From: Tubulanus polymorphus
Lineage: Eukaryota > Animalia > Nemertea
Direction: 5' to 3'
Assembly (NCBI RefSeq): GCF_964204645.1
Contig: NC_134025.1
Coordinates: 29,306,299-29,370,298, forward strand
DNA: 64,000 bases
Shown here: positions 29,716 through 44,015 of the stretch, one piece after another
How positions within the stretch are numbered: position 1 is the first letter of the stretch
Layout of the letters: each line of letters begins with the position of its first letter
Notes under the pieces: generated by a model
What the model saw: only the letters and a program-made list of their open reading frames with translations
The model's database searches: none
What the model was told of the DNA's origin: nothing
Made by a program: the position numbers and the translations under genes

Positions 29716-32700
29716 TCAGTAAAACGTATCCGTCACTTCCAATTGCTATCTGTTTAATCTTTGACTGTATAACAGTTTACAACAGTTTTCATGCGAGAAT
29801 TCTCAAATCTTTATTCTTTTGATTCTTAAATCTTAAAGAGCTTTCAATATTTAAGAAGCCTCGGTGACGTGTACATCGATCGTTCTATAAATACCAGCAT
29901 TATCTTATATACCATCTCATATACCACGTAAGGATTCGGTAGAGAATTTCGGCTTAGTCTGTCTTCAACTTTCGCAAAACGGCTGCGTCTAAGCCTCTGA
30001 AAAAGCCATATATGCATCGTACGTTACGTACTCGGAAACGCAATATTTGGATGTATTCCAACATATCTTTAGTTTTAAATATGTCGTTATATCGGTTGTT
30101 TCGTGGGGTTTTTGCGGAGCGAACTCTTTGTTTGATGAGGAGCGATTCTTCGAAGACTTGATACCAAATTTACCCCGCGGATATTGATTCAAACGTTTGC
30201 AAATTGACTTCTTCTCTACTCTGTTTCTTTGACAGACAACCCAGTAATAGTCAGGTATAATGGCATGCGTAATAATACATGTAGAGTTTAAATTGAGGAA
30301 ATAAGACTGCCATTATCAGCCGCCTGTACATAATAAACGGCCAGTAGCGGAAACCCGACAAGACAGCTCAATCTTGCAGACCTGAAAACGGAAATTTACT
30401 ACCGAAAAGAAACCATGATTATGGTCTTTGGTCTCTTATTTGCGTTCACTCACCATAATTTTCTTTAATTGTTATTGATGGCTCTGCCAACGTCATCTGT
30501 TTATAGAAATCATTCTTTCATTAAGTCCCAAGTTGGTCAAAACAGTTCCTTTTTTTATTCCGGTCTCCATAACGAATTCTACGATCGGTTATTAATGACT
30601 CAAAAGACTTCGCAATTCGGTATTAATCGTACAACATTGAAAATTTATCGCCTTGAAATTATACAGAAAATGATGACGCGTGTTTTTTGAGACGTCGATA
30701 CATTTATTGAAGAGATTTAATCTGGAACCACTCAGAGTATAGCGATAATCCAATAAAATCAACATCTTTATTGAATAACCAGCATCTCTAGATTAAAACA
30801 TTCACCGAAATTTCCCACGTTTACTGCGCAATGTTTTGTCTCTCGTATTTTCCACGGTAGAATCTTGCAGTTATTTTAAAGCTCAAAACAAACTCAACTT
30901 TAAGCGAGTGTTGCCAGTGTAAACCATCAATTACTGTAGGTAGCTAGTCACCTCCGGTTTAAACAACTGCATGTCTATATGTTTTGATAAGGGTTTTTCC
31001 ATTCGGGTTCTGCGCCAATCAATCTCTCGAACAGCTGACGAAACGCTGATATCGAAAGTATGTTGCACCATCGCTACCGGGCTAATTCGTTGCCATAGTG
31101 ACACATTAAACGTCAAAATTCATCAAAGGCACATTCGAAATTGATTAAAAAGTTCTTGCCTCTAAGATTAGGATCCGCGCTGCTATGACTTAGAACCGAG
31201 ATGAAGCATAACAACCTCTTATTACTTTTCCGATAAGTATCTACCAGGAAGCGCGCAAGATGCAACCCTTGATAACGCGCGCTTCACTGCGGATAACTCT
31301 TAAAATCTAATTACATTCCACAATTTGTCATCGAAAATTGCAGATTTGCCAGAGGTAGTTTTTCCGAGCCCGCAGAGAAATTTGTCCCGTTGGCTGGATT
31401 TTATAGCGTGTCGCATTCGATACGTATATATACCTCCTAGGCGTCTATTGCCCGATAAACTGACTGCGAATGATGCACTGCTATCGTTTTACCATCTTTG
31501 GATCTTATTTCACCCAAGTGGCTGTTAATTTATCGTTAATGGGGTATCGACGACATATACGATCCCTATGGGTGAGTTTAACACATACTTGGCAGTTTCT
31601 CTGTCGGTTTGAGAGATATTCATCACGGGTTTGCTTACCTTATGATAGTCCGACACAGTTTAAGTATATCCTTTGAATTACGACCGGCACACAATTAAAT
31701 GATATGTTCAACCTTTTGGAAAGTGAAGATACTTCGACAGACTAGAAAACCAACCTTTTGGAGAATTTGGATTTGTCCATGCCCTGTGTCCACCTTCATT
31801 TTTTACAACAAAGGTCGCATACCATCGAAGTTTTTTATCGGTCCTTTGAATGGAACTTTTTCCCTTTGTTGGCGGGTCGGCTCTAGAAAGATGAATACAC
31901 CGGATGACCTGTCCGACTTGCGGTATGTGTCAGGTACATTAAACAAACTTGTATCGGTGACTTGTCAGTTGAAGAATCGTGAGATACTCGTCAATCACGA
32001 CCACTCACTCAATCGGAAGATATTAATGACCTTCACCGCCGTACGATTTTTAACGCTCATCTATCACTGGACACGTGATGCATAAACGATGTAGGATGGT
32101 TTCCTCGCGGGTCAGTTGTAGTCCAGCAGCTCTGATATGTTCGATTCACTAGTTTTCGATCTCTGTATCTTCATTTCACTGATTGATTGGAAATCGTGTT
32201 ACAAAAAACATTAATAATTGATATTTCATTGTTAAATTATCTCTATTTTGGTTGATTATAATAATAATGGTTCTGTTATAACAGCGCTAAATCCAGCGAA
32301 GTCGCTGAAAGCGCTTTACAAGTGATGGAATGCTTTCTTAGAAGGTAAATATTTCGGATGCTACCTGAATTCATCGATGGATAAGATGGCTCACAGGCCC
32401 AGAAGCGTATTCCACAATTCTAGGGCAGAGTTGGAAACAACAGACTTACTACGGAAGGAAGTGAATATAAAAGATCGTCAGGGTCGGCTTAGGTTCCTAT
32501 GTCCTCGGATCTAACGCGACATAAAAAGCGATAGTTCAGTATCAACAAGTTTTCGATACATAAATACATCATTTTATGCCGAATCATCGCCGAATTGTGT
32601 CATGATTACAATAAATATGAGAGCCACTTACAGCCCCTAGTCCTCGGGGTTTTCACTGTAATTGTACTGGTGAAGAGGAAATTGTTGTCAGTGAATACCC

Positions 32701-33314
32701 TAATGAATTCATTATCTATGGAGGTCTCTTTAGGCTCATTCTGTCGGACGAGGCTAATAATCAAATTTGCTAAAGAAAAAAAAGAAACAACGAAACACTA
32801 ATAAGCTTAACGGCCGCCTAAAGCGAACAAATAACTCTACCTGGACGTGACGTATCATAGAATGATGTAGAATTACTCTGACCCAGTCATATCATAGGAG
32901 ATGTTATTCTGCGTACTAAAACGACTCGGGCAAATACATCTAAAAACCGTATATCGGTATAATAAAAGCGTAGAGACAAGAATTTTAGATTAAGAAGAAT
33001 GATGTGATCATAGAGAGAGACGCCTGATACAATAAACCCACTCAGGCAAATGTGCGAGCTTCGAGTTCTCTTTTGAATTAAATATGATCCGGTGATACTT
33101 TGATATTTTGATAAGTGCAGTATATAATCAATGGCACCTCAGTGTCTACCGACACACTGACATTTACAACAAAATCATGCTTTCTGCTCATCAATTTCGT
33201 AAGTCAGATAAAAAGTTGTTTTGAATAGATTATCGTCAAGCATTTTTTACTCCGATCCAACGTACACAAGTTGATATCTCGATATTGATGTTAGTATACA
33301 TATAATCAATTTAA

Positions 33315-33390
33315 GGCCTGGTTTTCACGGGCGGTTTCCTTCGGCAGCTCGGAAAATGCTAGCTGGAAACCCCTCGTTGAAACCAAGCAT
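33315..33390. mobile_element. Short MITE-like hairpin element (relatives at ~37972-38133 and ~57532-57585)
   Basis: Termini aggcctggttttcacg...cgttgaaaccaagc; related ggtttccagct core and termini at the two other loci; TTA/TAA-like flanks suggest PIF/Harbinger. Confidence 0.45.
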
Positions 33391-34323
33391 TAGATAGCGA
33401 TTCAAATCTTAAACTACTTGCGGCGCCCAAAAGCAATACCCGAAGCTGATGCACTCTTAAAAATGTAAAGATAACTATTGTATTACATAGAATTAATATT
33501 CGGGACAATCGCAAATATTTATGACGATTGTAATACAAGTGAATTGAAATACTGATAATAACAGTGATTGTATAATATAACATTACAAAACAAAGAAAAA
33601 GAAAACATCGTACAAAACATCAAATACCGGCAATACGATAATTTAACATGTTGAATTGTCCTTGAATGAAGGATACTCATAAACATAACCGCGAATACCA
33701 TATAGATGATACCAATGACTCGTTGTTATTCTATTATCTTATAGATTTTCTGTACATATGAAACGAAGTGATCGTTCGTTTAATGGTTCGCGGCTGATTC
33801 TTTTACACAGTTATTGCTTCTATTCCGATGGGCATTTGTTCTTTTCGAATTAATCGACACAGACAGGAAAAGCTTCGAGACGATATTCCCAAAGATTGTT
33901 TCTCGTCTATAGAAAAACGAAACCGAAACTGTATAAAGATACGAATATTATTGAATCAATGGGAAGCGTCATACTCGAGAACACTCTTCACAGATGATAT
34001 ATTTTACATCGCGACGCCTAAGTCCATTATGTCGTCATGGTACGTCATGTTTAAGTATTATCCGTTAAAAGTAAAGTGAGCTGTAGAATCCCATTAACCG
34101 ATTTTCCGGTTCTCATCATAGCTGACCACGAAATATCGAGAAAAAAAAAACATTTCGTCCACTGTACTCTTAGATGAGAATGACCATTGAACAGCCGCGA
34201 CTTACGTCCAATAGTGGGTATTGAATCATTAGAGTGGCTTTTAAGTTGATGGCTTCGGTAAAAAAAATACCAAGGTTGATCTTAAACCTGCGTTATGTAT
34301 ATCTTACAGTATTTTCCCACTGG

Positions 34324-34490
<167 letters not shown>

Positions 34491-35912
34491 CAACCTTGGT
34501 TTTATATATTTATATATATATATATATATACTTCACTAATTAGCGTAACCTTCATTAACCTCGTTCTCTCGTACGTATACATATTAATGAGCGTCATCCG
34601 AAGAGAGGAGATACCTCACATAATCAGAGCAGAAATCGTGGGGTCATTCGATCCAATGCTGATGGCGAAGCAAAACTAAATTCGTCTGTGCACGTCTCGG
34701 GTTTTTCGGTTCGTTTTCGAAATTTGTTATTTCTAGTGCGATTGGTTTCGAATCCCGAAATGATTACTTCACTAACAGCACGCAACTTGCGGATAATTGT
34801 TTCGGACTATCAAATTAAAATCTAAATTAACTTCTCTTGTCTCTACTTAGACTCGCGGACGTAATGACAGGCCATAAAATAGCTTGGCTGAAATTTACTT
34901 AAAGCTTGTCTGCAGAATGTGGCGTCAGTCGGGCGATTTCTAAATTACTGCTTCACCTTACCATTAGAGGCACAGTGTGTCATTACGGCAGCTTGTTAGT
35001 GGCTATTTGCTTCCAGGAGACTCGCAGTCTTATAGCTTTATTATAGCATCTATAATAATGAAGCAGAACGTTGAGTTTATTTCAACCCTGTGGCTTGTAT
35101 GTAATCTATCACTGTGAAGTATCTAAAAGATTTGCAATCTGTGATTTCCAGATGCGGCCATCACGACATTGATAAGAGGACAGCGCGCTTCAATCGTTAT
35201 ACATCAATGCACGATTTAGATAATCGCCTCTTTAGATCATTCCTCTTCGAAATAGCGGAGCGCACGTTTTTTTTAGCGGTTCCATCCGATGTATTATTTA
35301 GGCGTGTGCGTATGACTGTGGAACGCGAGGCCTCGGTCGAATTGATGAAATGTCGGTTTAAATGATGGATAACGGCCGAATTTATCTCGAAGAACATCTG
35401 CCTAAGAACATCGATCAAGCCAAAGATTCATTACTAAACATTTTGCCAATTCATCCCCGACGACGAAAGCTCGATTTTATCCGCAATTTCGGCTTTTTTT
35501 AGAGACAAATTGAGAATAATCGCTCGAGATGAAATACCTTTCAAATCGTTGCACCTTCAGAAATATGGAGATAGATAAATATTTAATTTCGCTTAGCAAT
35601 CTGATCACGCAGAAGCCCATTAAGCAAATGTGTTTGTTGTCTCATTTCATTAAGTTTTTGCGTCATACACGGCGAAGCGCAAACAATTACTGAAATTGGT
35701 CAATTTTTACGGGCCTCTATTCGTAGATTATTTACGAGATAAACTGACGTAAATGAGTCGGACCATTAATGGAAAGTTGTCAGTTTCAAACTCTTAAGCG
35801 ATATTTTCAACTCGTGCTTTATTTCAGAAGTTACGATTACATGATTAGAAAAATAAGTATCGATGTCGTTTCACTTTACTAACGAGTCTTCAATATGTTT
35901 GTATATTTTCAG

Positions 35913-36154
35913 AAGGTCGCGTATTTCTTTCTTTGAGCCATCCGCATAATTTTACAATGCAACAAGTACTGCTGGCGAATCGGGAGGTGAGATTAGGGGG
36001 TTGGCATCGTCCCGATGAATGTGTAAGCAGACATAAACTAGCTGTGATTATACCCTACCGGGACCGCAATCAACACCTAGTACTATTACTTGCTCATTTA
36101 CATCCCATTCTACAAAGGCAGCAGTTGGATTATCGTGTGTTTGTTGTAGAACAG
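35913..36154 (+). CDS. bre-4: GT7 constant exon 1
   Basis: ttttcag acceptor, phase 1; (E)GRVFLSLSHP...LGGWHRPDECVSRHKLAVIIPYRDRNQHL...QRQQLDYRVFVVEQ|gtaaat. The AVIIPYRDR and YxVFVVEQ motifs are typical of GT7. Confidence 0.93.
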
Positions 36155-39131
36155 GTAAATAATTGAAAGTTTGCCAGAATTGGTAACTTGACTTATATAT
36201 ACCGGTAATAGATAAATGAAGAAAACAATCCATTTAATTAACTGTCTGGTTATGAGAGTTCTAAAACGTTGCGGTTTCATCTGTAAAACTTAAACGTTGT
36301 AATCTTTTTTTCTCGCGGGGGCTTTTACACTTACACAGATCACACAGATAATATAATGCTGATATGGATATCATTTCTCATTGGCAACTGGTCACATCGG
36401 AAAAAATTCCATCGCAAACTAAAAGTTCAAATCGATTAGTACGCTCATGTTTGAATCTCATAAATCCCATAAATGGAAATTGGAGACGAAAAACATACAA
36501 AGACCTCTGCATAAACGCGTCCATTTGTATTCTATTAACGAAATTCCGATGATGAATTTTATTACCATGTCCAATTCTGCGGTTAATATTCATGTCTGAA
36601 TGTGAATAACTGACCAATGAAGGTAATCGTATTCTGATCATGTTTTGCCAATGGTATTAAATGTTATTCCCCTTAGCAATATGACGTTATATGAATTCTC
36701 TCGTATTGATTAAGTTGTTGGTAATTTTTCATCGAGTTCTGCTCTAAAAGAAAGCGCCCATTTATCCGCTACCCCGCAGCTAATACTCGATATCTACTTC
36801 TTTGTCTGCTAAGTGCCAGCTTTCATCAATTTTTTTCTATCCAATATCTCTTTATTCATTGTAAGAAAAATTAGAATGTCATCCAACGGTTGAACTATTG
36901 CGAATGGAAATCTAGTATTGAAACCGTCGGATTGGAATAGTGGAATTTGCCGCGCTGTACGGGCAATAAGCTTCACTAACTAGTTTCCTAAATCATGATC
37001 TCAAACCGTGGTTAACTTAACTTCCGAGCTGGAAGCGGAGCCCGGTTTAGGCTTTAGTTATTCAGAAAATTCCATTCCTAAATTCCATCCGAACCAACCC
37101 GAACATGCTGATATCCAGTATTCTTTTCAAATACACATATAACGAATCGTCTGCGTTAGTTTATCTTCGCGAATTTAATTTGACACGACCTGTTTAACAG
37201 GACTTGTCAAAATGTCTTCTCGCTGGAAACACTGCAGATTTTAATCAACTTCACTTTCGCGTCGAAACGCTGCGAGTGGACTTAGAGAATCCAGCAGAGT
37301 GACAAATTAAAGAATTCGAGCTTTCAAATTTCTTTCAAACGCCTTTTTTGTGTCAACACGTTTCCGACGTCTCTGACGCATTGGTCGTACGTGAACCTTC
37401 CTTTCGGGTGAATTCGAATGGTAATTTATTGGTTTCGATTTAGAACTTATGCGGAATGTGAACTGTTTTATTAATCGCGAGAAATTGCTTTAAAAATGTC
37501 ATAGGTTAATGGATTGGATTGAAAGCATTTAATATGCCGGAAAAGGTTTCGTCAGCGTACGACAAATGTTAGAGATACATAAATTGTTGTCCTCAAAAAG
37601 AAAAATCGACGAAAAAAAATAAAACCCTGATCAAAAAGATTAGCATTCCACGAAAACTGCACTTTTTTTTCTAAAAGATGATTGATTTGTCGCTGATGTA
37701 AATGCGTATCTCACAGAAATGTCCGGACTGATGATTGTCGATATGTAATGTATATGTAAACACACGGATCATTACTGTGGCATATATGATTGTAATGATA
37801 TCTCATCAAAGCATGTAAATCGAGAGAATCAGAACAAGCCGGCGCCGTACTGAGTCTGGGACAGTCATTCGATAGACCACTCGTGTAGATAGTTTCAAAA
37901 ATTGGCAAGAAAACCCCTCTCAACTCACTAAGCGCCACTCTGAGTAGAATCGAGCTTTCTATTTCCCGATTGAGCCTGGCTTTCGCGAACGGTTTCCAGC
38001 TTGCTCTGCCGGAAATGCTGAAAATTTGGCCACGAGCAGGCAATTTCACCTGGTTGGGACCTGCTCTGCCCCTGAAAACTCTCTTGATTAGGTAGAAAAA
38101 TATGACAGAAAAAGCTCGCGAAAACCAGACCTAAGGGTGAACCATGGATTGACGTTTTACAGAAGAACCTTCCGTTATTGTTGCATCAATATAGCGTTTA
38201 TCTGTAAGCGGCTTCATAAACCTCGTCTTTCGTGGTTTAAGTCATTATTGCGCCTCACATTTCAAATAACGACAAATGATGTAGTTGTAAATTATTCGAG
38301 TTTCGTTAAATTTATTCTAATGATTCGGTGTGTGATCTGTCACCAACATCCATCGGAACTCAATCAGTGCAATAACACCCGACGTCATATAGGGTCGCGA
38401 TGACGGTGTTTGATGTTCAACATTCAACATTCCGCATAAATCCGGCTTATCTGAATGAAACATGACTCGACTTTGCATCAGTCGTATAAAGATCCGCGCA
38501 AATACACGGCGAAGAAAACCGAACGTTGACGTGATTTGCAAAGAAGACGAAACTTCGCGCAGAGCTCTAGGAAAAATGTGCAGACAAAATATAAAACTTG
38601 CGATTAAGATATAGCTTCAGACGTCAGACTGATCCAACTACCTTCAGTATGAATTCAATTTAGTGTGCTTATTATATTTGGGTTTTTGCTTTAGTTCTGG
38701 AAGTTTTTTATCGGTATTTTGCGATTTAAAACCTGTTCATGGTATAAGAAATGTTCATTATGAAAAAGATTGTCATTGAATTATTATATCATGTAAGAAA
38801 ATTTTCATCTCAAAGGAATTTAGGATGGATAAGGTAACACCGAAAGAACACATAGGGATGACTCATTGAACACCTAGGCTTGTGGCTCAGCCTTACTCAC
38901 AACCGGTTAACTTGGTCAACGCGGTCAAACCATGGACCATACAAATCTTCGTTTTAGAGTCGATGGTCAAATCACTCTTAATGAGTGAATCAAATCAAAA
39001 TTAATTTTGAATCCTTGACTCTCAAGTCAACTCGGTATCCGGTCAAAAATTTCGGTGAAATGTTTATTGCCCCAATGCTACCAAATAAGGTGGAATTTAT
39101 TGTATAAACTGCATTTTTTGTTACATTTCAG

Positions 39132-39319
39132 ACTGGACGCGATACGTTCAACAAGGCTCGTATTATGAATGCCGGATTTATAGAAGCCTTGAAAATGTAT
39201 AATTTCCAATGTTTTGCGTTCCATGACGTAGATTTAGTACCAGAAGACGATAGAAATATGTACAGTTGTCCGAGCCAACCGAGACACATGTCAGTAGCAA
39301 TAGATGAAATGGGATACAA
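39132..39319 (+). CDS. bre-4: GT7 constant exon 2 (DxD motif)
   Basis: tttcag|TGRDTFNKARIMNAGFIEALKMYNFQCFAFHDVDLVPEDDRNMYSCPSQPRHMSVAIDEMGYK|gtaagt; FNKA, HDVD and PRH motifs. Confidence 0.95.
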
Positions 39320-40750
39320 GTAAGTATCGTTGTCCAATATCTATTTCTTATCCACTCGAATTATTATCTTCCATATTCTGGTAGATGATTTGTTTTTCGC
39401 TGCACCTGAATCATTTTCATGATAAGATATTGAGCGGGTATTTTTTTGCTTGTTGTTGTTGCCAGGACACGGATGAACTTGCTCATTTTGCCTCGTCCGT
39501 TTTATCGCGTCCGTCTGCAATACAGAATTACCGTACGTCGATTATACGCTGGAGCAGTGCTATGGCTGAGAATTGGAGAGTCAGAGAATTAGACAGACTT
39601 GCAATATTTTCTAATAAAAAACCTCATTATACCGAAAATCATTCCCGACATGAACGCAATAATTAAATTCCTCTCTAATTATGTACACAAAGAGTGACAT
39701 GAAAAGAATTTAATCTACCTTTTTATTCAGGAACAAAATCGAATCAAGTTCTTTCTTCAGCCAACTCGCAATTGCGGGTTAGACGGTGTAAAGAATACCT
39801 GATGACGAATTTTGCATCATCGGTTGTTGTTCGTTGCTTCCCTAGGGCGATAGATTCAAACTGATGTCGGAATGATATCCCGGCAAACAGGCCACCAGTC
39901 TAATGAACGCTATTAACGATCAGTGCTATTTTTTCGCATTGATTTTCGATATATTGACTGACGTGTGGTGAACGAAGCTGCACGTGTATAATTTAACGGC
40001 TGACCGAACAGATAATGATTAGATGCCTAACTAGGTTATTAATGTTTCGTCTACCTATACGTGATCGGATGAAATACCGTTTTCAATTCGTTCTCATTTC
40101 GAATCAAAAAGCTCTGTCCTAGATTGCAAGTCTTAAGAATTGAATCGCGTGCGTGTTATTGGCTCATTGATTTCTGACGAAGTAGACACAACCTACTATA
40201 ATGAGTTAATGAGCTGGAATACTATCTAAACGTGACCAGAAATATTCCGATTAAAAATTCCGATTCAGAATTTTATGTGATTTGATTTACAGTCGTCGAC
40301 GAGTTTCGTTCGTTTTTTTCGTCCGTTTTATCCGATTCATATGCCTAACGCGGACAAACCGACATCGATTCGTACGTATTTTCTCCATCGTTAGTCAGGC
40401 TAATGGAAACAAAGTAGGGAATAATGAAGCGTCCGGTTTTTCTATTGAAGTAGCTAGTGACAGCTAACATAGAACTCCTCCATCTATAGCGCGCTTTGAG
40501 CGGACGCATAGTCGGATGTCATCTTGGATCAAGTTCGTCAGTAAGGGCTGTCATAAATAAAGAGCTTTAGTCGTTAAAGTATTGCGCATGAACCGTTTTC
40601 AACAGGCGAAGCATTGTTCTAACGCGATGCAAACCTTTTATCTGATATCTCACCTCTTATGAAGCATATTCTCTTGTTGAGATTATGATGAGTAATAAGT
40701 AGATGTACTAATACATAGGATTTTCAGCAAACGTTTCTACATATTTGTAT

Positions 40751-41269
40751 AACACTGAAATACTAACTGAGAAAGGCTGCCGACCAGGCGTGCTGGTAGG
40801 GAGGAAACTGAAACAGCGCCTTAGGGTGCATTTACTACCTTTAAATGCCCCAGTGCATCCATCCTCCCTCAGTAGGGATTCGAACCCGATGGCATCGCTA
40901 CACTCAGCCTCGGCACGAACCCCTGCCACAGTAGACCGGGTGCGCAGCTGTGCCGCGCGAAAACTTGCGGCACCAATCAGATTGCTCGTTGTATAATCGC
41001 GAGGTAAATTTCGCGGAAGAACTATAAACGGGAAAACCAGGGCTACAATAAAACGGGATATCGGATTGGCTGATAATGACATCACCTAAGCTGCGTGTGT
41101 AGCTGCGCACTAGGTCTAGTGTGGCAGGGTTTCGTACCGTGGCAATCTCGATGCCATCAGGTTCGAATCCCTGCCGGGGGAGGATGCAGTGCATCGGGGA
41201 ATACCGATCCTTATCAGCGCTGCGCCAGTGTCTATTTAAACGGAGCATATGATCGAAAACACTGAAATA
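40751..41269. mobile_element. Divergent pair of tRNA-like/SINE units within a 12-bp direct repeat
   Basis: Inverted arms ~40845-40949 and ~41101-41200, each with a B box GGTTCGAATCC; aacactgaaata at 40751-40762 and 41258-41269. Confidence 0.55.
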
Positions 41270-42332
41270 ATTCAAAAAGAACTCTTTGGGGGAATTTTCG
41301 GCAAAATTTTAAACAACGTTTGAATTAATGAATGTTGGGTCCATCATCGCTGGCAGGTTGTCACAGGCGTCGCGATGAGAAACCTAGTCGACGATAGCGA
41401 TAAAGCACGGTTCATTCGTCGTGCCGTGACGTCCAATAATCAAACGTCAGTCTCCATCGCGTAGCTGTTGACAGTGAAACACGTCACGGGTCCTGTGGGT
41501 TTTATTCACACCGGGTTTCGATGTACGGCGGTTTTATCCGGATATTTATCGCGACATAAAAATCAGCTAATTTCTCCACATCAAGCACATGGCGGGACAC
41601 GGCTGTCCCCTGGCAAGTAATTTTATCATCGTGTCAGATCAGTAATTCTTGTCACGCGTGCTAGTAATTGAAACGGGTTCTACCATGATTACTTCGGGGA
41701 GAAATCGATATGAAAATTTCGCGTGCCCTCAACAAGTATAGACAGCAAAAAAATATATATTTTGACACGTTCGTCGTTGATAATCAATTTCCTTCCATTT
41801 GTGACGGACAAGATTTTATTTGTCTTAACGAAACAACGTCGACAAATGGAGTTACTATTTACTAATAGTGGGTGAGATACGCGTGGATTCATTTGTGGAC
41901 TTAACGGAAATCTTTATTCCGCCCCCATTTGCTTTCACAAGTTATACTTAGTTTATACAATACGGTCTTTTCTTCTCGCAACAATCGATGCCGTCATTAC
42001 GAGACGAACCGGACTTCGGGGAATTTTGCGATATCAAAAATGTCTGAAAACACCTCAAACAAACCATTAAATTAATTGCGTCCGTGGATTATATTCTAAA
42101 TAATGGCTTCAGCGTGAATGCAAATGACGCAAATATGATGAGGGTTTTTTTTTCATTGGAATTGCGATATTTTGGAAAATGGGATGAAGTGATTAACGAT
42201 GAAATGGTGTGAAAACTAGAACGATATCATGATGTTATTTCTGTCGAATTTTGGATAAATTCCAGTTTTAGCTGAATTTGGTGTTCAAATATTCAGTGGT
42301 CTTTATGACGATCCGAATTTCTTCCCCAATCC

Positions 42333-42492
42333 CCCTCCCCTCCCCTCCCCTCCCCTCCCCTCCCCTCCCCTCCCCTCCCCTCCCCTCCCCTCCCCTCCCC
42401 TCCCCTCCCCTCCCCTCCCCTCCCCTCCCCTCCCCTCCCCTCCCCTCCCCTCCCCTCCCCTCCCCTCCCCTCCCCTCCCCTCCCCTCCCCTC
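42333..42492. repeat. (CCCCT)n pentanucleotide microsatellite
   Basis: Direct observation; the - strand is (AGGGG)n, G-quadruplex-capable. Confidence 0.95.
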
Positions 42493-43614
42493 TCCCTTTC
42501 TTCTCCTTCTCTCCCTCTTTTTCTTTCTCCCCCCCTCTCTCTCTCTCAGCATTCTATCTCCGCATACCGGAAATACAATCGCAATCACAATAAGCTACAG
42601 TTTTAATCAACTTCCCTGAAAAAAGGCACCTGGTGAAAACGATAGATTCAGATCAGGATTCAATTCTTAACGCATTTCCGTAATTACCTAATATTTCATC
42701 GCATAATATATGTATTTTCCGTCGTAAATTTCATATAGACCAAATAGCTAGCAAGTGATTTACATATTATGAGAGATCCTGTAAGTTTCTAAATCCTCAT
42801 TATTATCGTGTGTTGTTTGTTATAAACAAACATCTCTTACGATTAAACGCCGATGACGTCGCGCGTAATAATAATACCGATGAATCTATTCTCAGATTGG
42901 TATTTTAAACGTGTTTGATTATCGGACCCCCGTAGGTATTCAATCAACGATTCATCGTACCGCTCTATACCGCGCGCCACGTAGAGACAACCATCTAACC
43001 CGATTCGACGGAGATGGACGCTTTGTATAGCTGGGGATTTATGTGACGTATTTCGGTATGAAGTGGTCAGGCGGACAGACTAGATGAATCCTATTAACGA
43101 CAGGTTTTATTGAACCACGTCGTTGATGAATAGTCGCAGGAAATGATGGAAAAATTAGGTCTTTACGCAAAGTTCTTTATGAATCGATATGGGTTCAATC
43201 ATCCCAGATATCCGTGATGTTTATACCGTCATCACAACTGATAACTGTCTATACACACAACGTTCGTAGATTCCATTCTCATATACTCAGTAATAGGGGA
43301 TTTTGACGAAATCGAAAATGACATGACATTTCTGATCGCGGCTCTGGTGAAACCACCGGTGCAACTATTGCAGTGTATTTGAACAGATAGAATAAACCTT
43401 CTATTTACAAATTTTGAAAGGAAAGAATGCATAAAAATTCATATTTTATTGACAATGAAAAAAGGATTAGAAATTGACTGTTGAAAATGAATGTTTTTGG
43501 AATTTATAGGTTATCGTTATTTGTAAATACGTTCGTTGTAACGAAGTTCCACTGGATTACGTTATTTCATTTATGTAGTGACTTATTGTTGCAACTTAAT
43601 ATATGTATTTTTAG

Positions 43615-43737
43615 ATTGGCGTATCCTGAACTGGTAGGCGGGGTTTTAGTAATGAGGTCCGAACACTTTCAGCGCGTCAATGGATATTCTAATATGTACT
43701 GGGGTTGGGGTGCTGAGGACGATGATATGGCTTACAG
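43615..43737 (+). CDS. bre-4: GT7 constant exon 3 (WGWGxEDDD motif)
   Basis: ttttag|LAYPELVGGVLVMRSEHFQRVNGYSNMYWGWGAEDDDMAYR|gtaaac. Confidence 0.96.
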
Positions 43738-43913
43738 GTAAACAATATTATCCATTTTTACTTTTACTGACATAAGACGTTATTGTCCTGCTTGACCGGT
43801 TATCAGACTTGAGCGGAGTCTACTTTATACCTATTGAATTGATGAATTCATAGCTCTGTCAAATTCTTTTCACTTTCGTCTTACAAAAAAAGAACCATAT
43901 TTCTTCGTTGTAG

Positions 43914-44015
43914 AATTATGCATGTCGGTCTAAAAATAACACGTCCAGCGAATTATGTAGCTCGATACAAAATGATTCGTCATACGAAGAGAAAACCATC
44001 GGACTGGAGGAAAAG
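43914..44015 (+). CDS. bre-4: GT7 constant exon 4
   Basis: ttgtag|IMHVGLKITRPANYVARYKMIRHTKRKPSDWRKR|gttcgt; metal-binding MIRH motif. Confidence 0.92.

Noticed and set aside
41101-41200. Functional tRNA gene
   Set aside because: A B box is present, but I could not fold a convincing acceptor stem and anticodon arm; treated as SINE-like.
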